In this document: one piece after another, positions 45,798 to 49,973 of the stretch
How positions within the stretch are numbered: the first letter of the stretch is position 1
Layout: the number at the start of each line of letters is the position of its first letter
DNA from: an uncultured Candidatus Saccharibacteria bacterium
GTDB taxonomy: Bacteria > Patescibacteriota > Doudnabacteria > UBA920 > O2-02-FULL-48-8
NCBI GenBank assembly: GCA_964580495.1
Contig: CAZOKE010000003.1
Span: 1 to 49,973, forward strand
Length of the DNA: 49,973 nt
Direction: 5' to 3'
Made by a program: the position numbers and the translations under genes
Notes under the pieces: generated by a model
Database searches by the model: none
What the model was told of the DNA's origin: nothing
What the model saw: only the letters and a program-made list of their open reading frames with translations

Positions 45798-46211
45798 TTA
45801 TTTATTTTCTTCCAAAAACTTCGCGAACTGCGGGTATTTGGCTTTTAATTCATCTAAACTATTATCCGAATTTATGGCATCGTCAAGTATGGACATAGCC
45901 AAATTCTGGTCGCTGCTCACGATGCTCTCCACGAATTTGGCCACAAGCTTCTCGGAGTCCGATTTGCCCTGCCGTTCAATGTAGATCGCAAGCTTTTGTT
46001 CAAATCTTTTGAGCTGCGGATAGTCCTTGGAAATTTCGGCTACGAACCGAAGCATATGCTCTTCGTTGTCTATCAAATTTGCGTTGGCAATTACACTCCT
46101 GGCAATTTCTTTTGCCGCGCCAAGCGAAATCATGTGCATGCGCATTTCCTCCGCCAAAAAAAGGCAGAGTAAATGCAGGGCGTTGTCTTTTGAGTCAGAA
46201 GGTTGATACAT
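45798..46211 (-). CDS. hypothetical protein
   Basis: 137 aa, helical, with no motif and no SD upstream. Confidence 0.55.
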   Translation of the reverse strand: MYQPSDSKDNALHLLCLFLAEEMRMHMISLGAAKEIARSVIANANLIDNEEHMLRFVAEISKDYPQLKRFEQKLAIYIERQGKSDSEKLVAKFVESIVSSDQNLAMSILDDAINSDNSLDELKAKYPQFAKFLEENK

Positions 46212-46220
46212 AAAAAATTT

Positions 46221-46299
46221 GTACTAAGTACTGTGTACTGAGTACTGGGGTCTAAGTGGTTTTAACGACTCAGTACTCAGAACTTTTTACTCAGTACTC
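46221..46299. promoter_or_regulatory. array of four AGTACT-cored boxes (two tandem 14-mers plus two inverted 11-mers 21 bp apart)
   Basis: GTACTAAGTACTGT GTACTGAGTACTGG occupies 46221-46248. ACTCAGTACTC occurs at 46268-46278 and 46289-46299. The AGTACT cores are at 46227, 46241, 46272 and 46293. Confidence 0.5.
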
Positions 46300-48834
46300 T
46301 TATAATGTTCTCTCCACAGTTGGGGGGCCGGATTTGGCAGGTGCTCCTAGTTTGGTGCGCTCCAAAATATCTTTTTCTATATCCACTTTTGCCCGGCCGA
46401 AATTAAGTCTGGACATATTTCGGATAATCTGCGCTAATTGCGGCTGTGCTCCTGCGGGTTTGGGATAAGTCTGCATGTTGAAAGGCCGCGATGCCGTACC
46501 ATGAATCATAAGTTTAACACAGGCATTGAATCGTTCAATGTTGATGACGTCAAATTCATTGAACACCGGCGCAAATTCCTTGGCCATAGTCTCGGCGTCC
46601 TCCACGCCGATGCGGAAACACATCATGGTGCCGGCATTGCCAAACACCGCATCACGCATGCGGGTATCGAGGCCGGACGAACCTTCTTTTTCTTGCGCCA
46701 ATTGCGAGATAAACTGGTGCGCAATTATAAGATTCAGCTTATATTTTCGGGCTTCGGACAAAATAGTAGCAAAACTGTCGGTAACGAAATTTTGGAACTC
46801 ATCGACATAGAGATAAAAGTCTCGCCGCTGGTCTTCAGGAATATCGGCTCGCGACAGCGCAGCCATTTGGAGCTTGGAAACGATGATCAAGCCCAATAGT
46901 TTGGCATTGACTTCTCCTGTTTTGCCTTTGGAAAGGTTAATGAGCAAAATTTTGCCCTTATCCATGACATCGCGGAAATCAAATGACGAATGTGCCTGTC
47001 CAATAATGTTGCGCATCATTTCGTTTTCCACAAATCTGCCGACTTTCGAAATTAAGTAGCCCAACATTTCTGATTTGTGGAAATCTGAAGTTTTGGCCAT
47101 TTCTTTTTCCCAGAAACTGCGCACGATAGGGTCTTTGACTTTCGAAACTTTGTATTTTTGGAAATCGGTGTCCGTAAACATCCTTGGAATATCCGCAATA
47201 GTTCCCGGGAATTGTTTGTCTTCCATCAAAGTCAGCATGACATTTCGCATGTTGTGTTCGAACATCGGCCCGATCATTTCCGGCGGGAAAAGCTTGTAGA
47301 AAATCGAAATCATTTCCTGGATTACAAAATCTTTCTGCGAATCGTCTTTGACTTCGAGCATGTTCAAGCCAACCGGCCGCTGGGTGTCAAAAGGCTCAAA
47401 CAAAATCACGTCCGACATGCGCTCCTTGGGGATGTACTGGAGCACATCTTCCACAAAATCGCCGTGAGGATCCACAACGCACACCCCTTCGCCATTGCGG
47501 ATGTCTTGGATAGCCATGTTTTTCATAAGCTCGGTCTTGCCGGTCCCGGTGCGGCCGATGATGTAGCTGTGCCGGCGGCGGTCATCGCGGTCCTGATAAA
47601 TTTTGACGACCTCGCCGCGATAATGGCTCTCACCAAGCAGCAAACCGGAACTCGGAAGGTTTTGCGGCGGCGGCGCTTTTTTAGCCGTAAGCCATTTGAT
47701 ATTCGGCGTCTCGGTAAATCTGGTTGGCAAATGCCAGACACTGGCAATCTCTTCTGTGTTCAAAATCGCTTTGGTGTCGCGGAAAACGCGAAAAACATAA
47801 TCGGTGACGATCCGCTTGGCTTTTTGGCTTTTGACCTTGAAGCCATTGAAAGGCGGCATGGTATATTGCATGAACGACGAAACGATGTTTTTGAGGTGCA
47901 CATCGGCAGAAGCTGGGTCATTTGCAGAAGTCACCACGCGCAAATTGAATTTGTACCCGGTGCGCGAAGCTTTTTCTTCAAATTTTTTCACGATCTCCTG
48001 CTGCATTGGAGTCAGGTTTATGGGTTTGTCATAACCTGTGGGGTCAAATTTGTTCGGGTCTTTTTTCTGGGTCTTGAAAGCGGCGTCAAAAATTTCACCA
48101 ACGAATTTCCCGGAAGCCGTGAGCGCTTTTTGCGATTTGGAAGCCGTGACCGCGGTCGGGTTTTTGCCCTGCTGGATTTCCAAAGCCAATTTGCGCGGCT
48201 TGTGCTGCCAGCTGGTGCCGGCCGGCGAGATAATCAGCTGGATTGCCGCGCCTTCGTCTTCCGACAACTTAGATAAACTATTTGTCAGCGCGTTCAAAGG
48301 GTCAGTTTCCATTTGTTTGTAAGTCCGATACGGATAAATATATTGTTTTTGCAATGACAATTCAGCTGCGGCCGTGGACGCGCCCTTATGGAAAATATTG
48401 TAAGGTTTGACCTGTTCGATCTGCGCTTTAGGGTATTGCGCGTGGAGCTGTTTTTCTATCAAAGGCTGCAAATTCTTTGGGACATTGATGTAAAAAGAAA
48501 TCTTTTTGCCCACCGCGGCAATTTCAAAAGAGATGTAATCGTTGATATTGAGGAAATGCTGGAGGTCGTGCGTATTTTCGACGTGCGCAATTGTAGTGAA
48601 GAACTGTTCGGCAATGGCAATTATATCTTTTTCCTCTTTTTGGGCTTCTTTGTCCGCCTCGGCATTTTCTTTGGGCACAGTCACTTCCAGAAACACGGAA
48701 TTCAAAATTCTTGGTGCCCAAGTCTTCTTCCGGAGGTGGTCAAAAAACAAAAAATACAGCATCAAACCGACCAATCCCAAAATGGCGATTAGTATGATCC
48801 AGAAAAAAATTAAGGTAAACCCGCTCAATCCCAT
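46300..48834 (-). CDS. type IV secretion coupling-protein-like (VirD4/TraG/TraD family) P-loop ATPase, membrane anchored
   Basis: 844 aa with an N-terminal hydrophobic anchor, Walker A GRTGTGKT, Walker B LYVDEFQNF and IIAHQFISQL as in T4CP-type ATPases. A HerA/DUF87-type assignment cannot be excluded. Confidence 0.78.
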   Translation of the reverse strand: MGLSGFTLIFFWIILIAILGLVGLMLYFLFFDHLRKKTWAPRILNSVFLEVTVPKENAEADKEAQKEEKDIIAIAEQFFTTIAHVENTHDLQHFLNINDYISFEIAAVGKKISFYINVPKNLQPLIEKQLHAQYPKAQIEQVKPYNIFHKGASTAAAELSLQKQYIYPYRTYKQMETDPLNALTNSLSKLSEDEGAAIQLIISPAGTSWQHKPRKLALEIQQGKNPTAVTASKSQKALTASGKFVGEIFDAAFKTQKKDPNKFDPTGYDKPINLTPMQQEIVKKFEEKASRTGYKFNLRVVTSANDPASADVHLKNIVSSFMQYTMPPFNGFKVKSQKAKRIVTDYVFRVFRDTKAILNTEEIASVWHLPTRFTETPNIKWLTAKKAPPPQNLPSSGLLLGESHYRGEVVKIYQDRDDRRRHSYIIGRTGTGKTELMKNMAIQDIRNGEGVCVVDPHGDFVEDVLQYIPKERMSDVILFEPFDTQRPVGLNMLEVKDDSQKDFVIQEMISIFYKLFPPEMIGPMFEHNMRNVMLTLMEDKQFPGTIADIPRMFTDTDFQKYKVSKVKDPIVRSFWEKEMAKTSDFHKSEMLGYLISKVGRFVENEMMRNIIGQAHSSFDFRDVMDKGKILLINLSKGKTGEVNAKLLGLIIVSKLQMAALSRADIPEDQRRDFYLYVDEFQNFVTDSFATILSEARKYKLNLIIAHQFISQLAQEKEGSSGLDTRMRDAVFGNAGTMMCFRIGVEDAETMAKEFAPVFNEFDVINIERFNACVKLMIHGTASRPFNMQTYPKPAGAQPQLAQIIRNMSRLNFGRAKVDIEKDILERTKLGAPAKSGPPTVERTL

Positions 48835-48855
48835 AGTTTTGTTCTTGCTGTCCTA

Positions 48856-48948
48856 AAATTTATCCAGCACCTTCCCTGTGAAGCTGGAATTATCTTAATA
48901 ATTGTGCTGCTATGTAGAATAATCCAACAGGAAGGTGCTGGATTTATT
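48856..48948 (-). repeat. ATCCAGCACC...GGTGCTGGAT hairpin element, copy B (14-bp stem, ~54-nt loop)
   Basis: atccagcaccttcc (48862-48875) pairs with ggaaggtgctggat (48930-48943). It shares 15-17-nt arms and flanks with 37651-37690. The right arm overlaps the stop codon of the gene at 48944-49309. Confidence 0.6.
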
Positions 48949-49309
48949 CGCCCTCAATTGCCGGCTTGAGTATTTTTTCAATCATATCGTTTGGTTCCAT
49001 CAGGTCGGGATGATCGATAGTTTTGGCTGCCGAATCCAAAAGATTGTTGAGCACAGCCCGCTGTTGTTCCAGATTTAACCCGGTCGGAGCATTGGATTCC
49101 GAATCTAGTTTGTAAGCATTTTTGGCCTCTGCAAACATTTCAGCTGCGGCTTTAGTGACTCCGACATCATTTCTATTAATTTTTGCCGTTTCCCGGCTCT
49201 TGCCCTGTTCCTGCTGATGCTTCAAAAATTCCGCGGCGCTGAGCATGTCCGGGTTCATTGGCGCTTCAAACGCATTTTCCGGATTGTGAATTGATTCGTT
49301 TTGGTCCAT
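48944..49309 (-). CDS. hypothetical protein
   Basis: 121 aa, acidic and helical, immediately upstream of the T4CP-like gene. Confidence 0.55.
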   Translation of the reverse strand: MDQNESIHNPENAFEAPMNPDMLSAAEFLKHQQEQGKSRETAKINRNDVGVTKAAAEMFAEAKNAYKLDSESNAPTGLNLEQQRAVLNNLLDSAAKTIDHPDLMEPNDMIEKILKPAIEGE

Positions 49310-49319
49310 ATTAATTATT

Positions 49320-49973
49320 TTAATGTAAATTTAAAACTGTTCCCGGTTGTGAATTTGGCTTACTCTTCTGGGGTTCGGAAGTTACTTTACGTTCTTTTCG
49401 TGTACCGTTTTTGGCATTATCAATCTTTCTAACTTCAATCTTTCCGCCTTGGGCTTCCTTCCAGTCATCAGGCCGGAAACCTAGCCTGCGCATTGTGACC
49501 GCCATTTCCTGCTGCGCAATGGAATTGCTGGAATTTAGTTTTTTCAATTCTCCATAAAGTGCGTTCAGCTCATTTTCGACTCTGTTCCTTGCCGGCTCGT
49601 CATAATTGGTAATGCTTCGGATAAATCCTTTGATTCTTTTCTTGGTCAATTCCAACTTTTCCCGGGTTTCTTTTTCTTCTCTGGTAATTTTGATTTCTGG
49701 AATCGCCGCAATCGATTTTTCTACAGGAGGAGTTTTGTCCAACTTTATATCGCCGACATTTATTTTGATGGGTTCAGGTTTAACCTGCGTCCGAATTTCC
49801 AAATTAGGAGATACAGATGAAGACTCCTGCTTTGGTTTTTCTAAAATCACATCTTTGGCAGGTTCAGGCGACTCAATCGCTATCTTTTTCAAAGTCGTTT
49901 GCTCTGGCGCAGCTAAAATACTAATCCTATTTTTCTTGCCTGATATAGGGCTAAACTTATTTTGATAAAATTC
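49320..49973 (-). CDS. hypothetical Lys/Glu-rich protein, probably 5'-truncated by the window edge
   Basis: The track ORF starts at a TTG (49892), but the frame stays open with no stop to 49973, so the real start may lie outside the window. Confidence 0.5.
   Translation of the reverse strand, partial: EFYQNKFSPISGKKNRISILAAPEQTTLKKIAIESPEPAKDVILEKPKQESSSVSPNLEIRTQVKPEPIKINVGDIKLDKTPPVEKSIAAIPEIKITREEKETREKLELTKKRIKGFIRSITNYDEPARNRVENELNALYGELKKLNSSNSIAQQEMAVTMRRLGFRPDDWKEAQGGKIEVRKIDNAKNGTRKERKVTSEPQKSKPNSQPGTVLNLH

Noticed and set aside
47158-48276. 372-codon plus-strand ORF antisense to the T4CP-like ATPase gene
   Set aside because: It is a typical shadow ORF of a long, well-supported gene. 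The product is Arg/Phe/His/Leu-rich with no motifs, and there is no SD or promoter.

Overview
The window looks like a contiguous chromosomal segment from a small-genome, moderately AT-rich bacterium using the standard code. Its gene content is most consistent with Patescibacteria/CPR, though this is inference rather than proof. The supporting features are DUF4012 embedded in a minimal mraY-murD-ftsW-murJ wall cluster, a PDZ-less HtrA, Pro-rich membrane-anchored surface proteins, a T4SS coupling-protein-like ATPase and many tiny membrane proteins. There are about 50 protein genes, nearly all on the minus strand. They include pheS, a UvrD-type helicase-nuclease, an NYN RNase-like gene, rmuC, cca, a complete F1Fo ATP synthase operon (atpI/Z-like, B, E, F, H, A, G, D, C), pepF, a Nudix hydrolase, lepA, trxA, dnaX and GtrA. 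Seven intact tRNAs all carry an encoded CCA: Arg-CCG, Met/Ile2-CAT, fMet-CAT, Asp-GTC, Thr-CGT, Gly-CCC and Gln-TTG. I saw no rRNA, CRISPR array, transposase or integrase. The most unusual signals are: (1) a roughly 1 kb G+C-enriched non-coding locus (5674-6709, minus strand) packed with GNRA/UUCG-capped hairpins beside tRNA-Arg, a candidate giant structured ncRNA; (2) a nested tRNA-Gln locus in which 5' and 3' tRNA-Gln fragments and a roughly 30-bp inverted-repeat helix enclose a complete tRNA-Gln within one promoter-terminator unit; (3) a T4SS coupling-protein-like ATPase operon of unknown small proteins with an AGTACT-box array and a recurring hairpin element; (4) non-canonical members translationally coupled inside the cell-wall cluster; (5) several structured intergenic RNAs, leaderless promoters and one frameshifted gene. 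All coordinates of RNA and regulatory elements are hand-derived and approximate.
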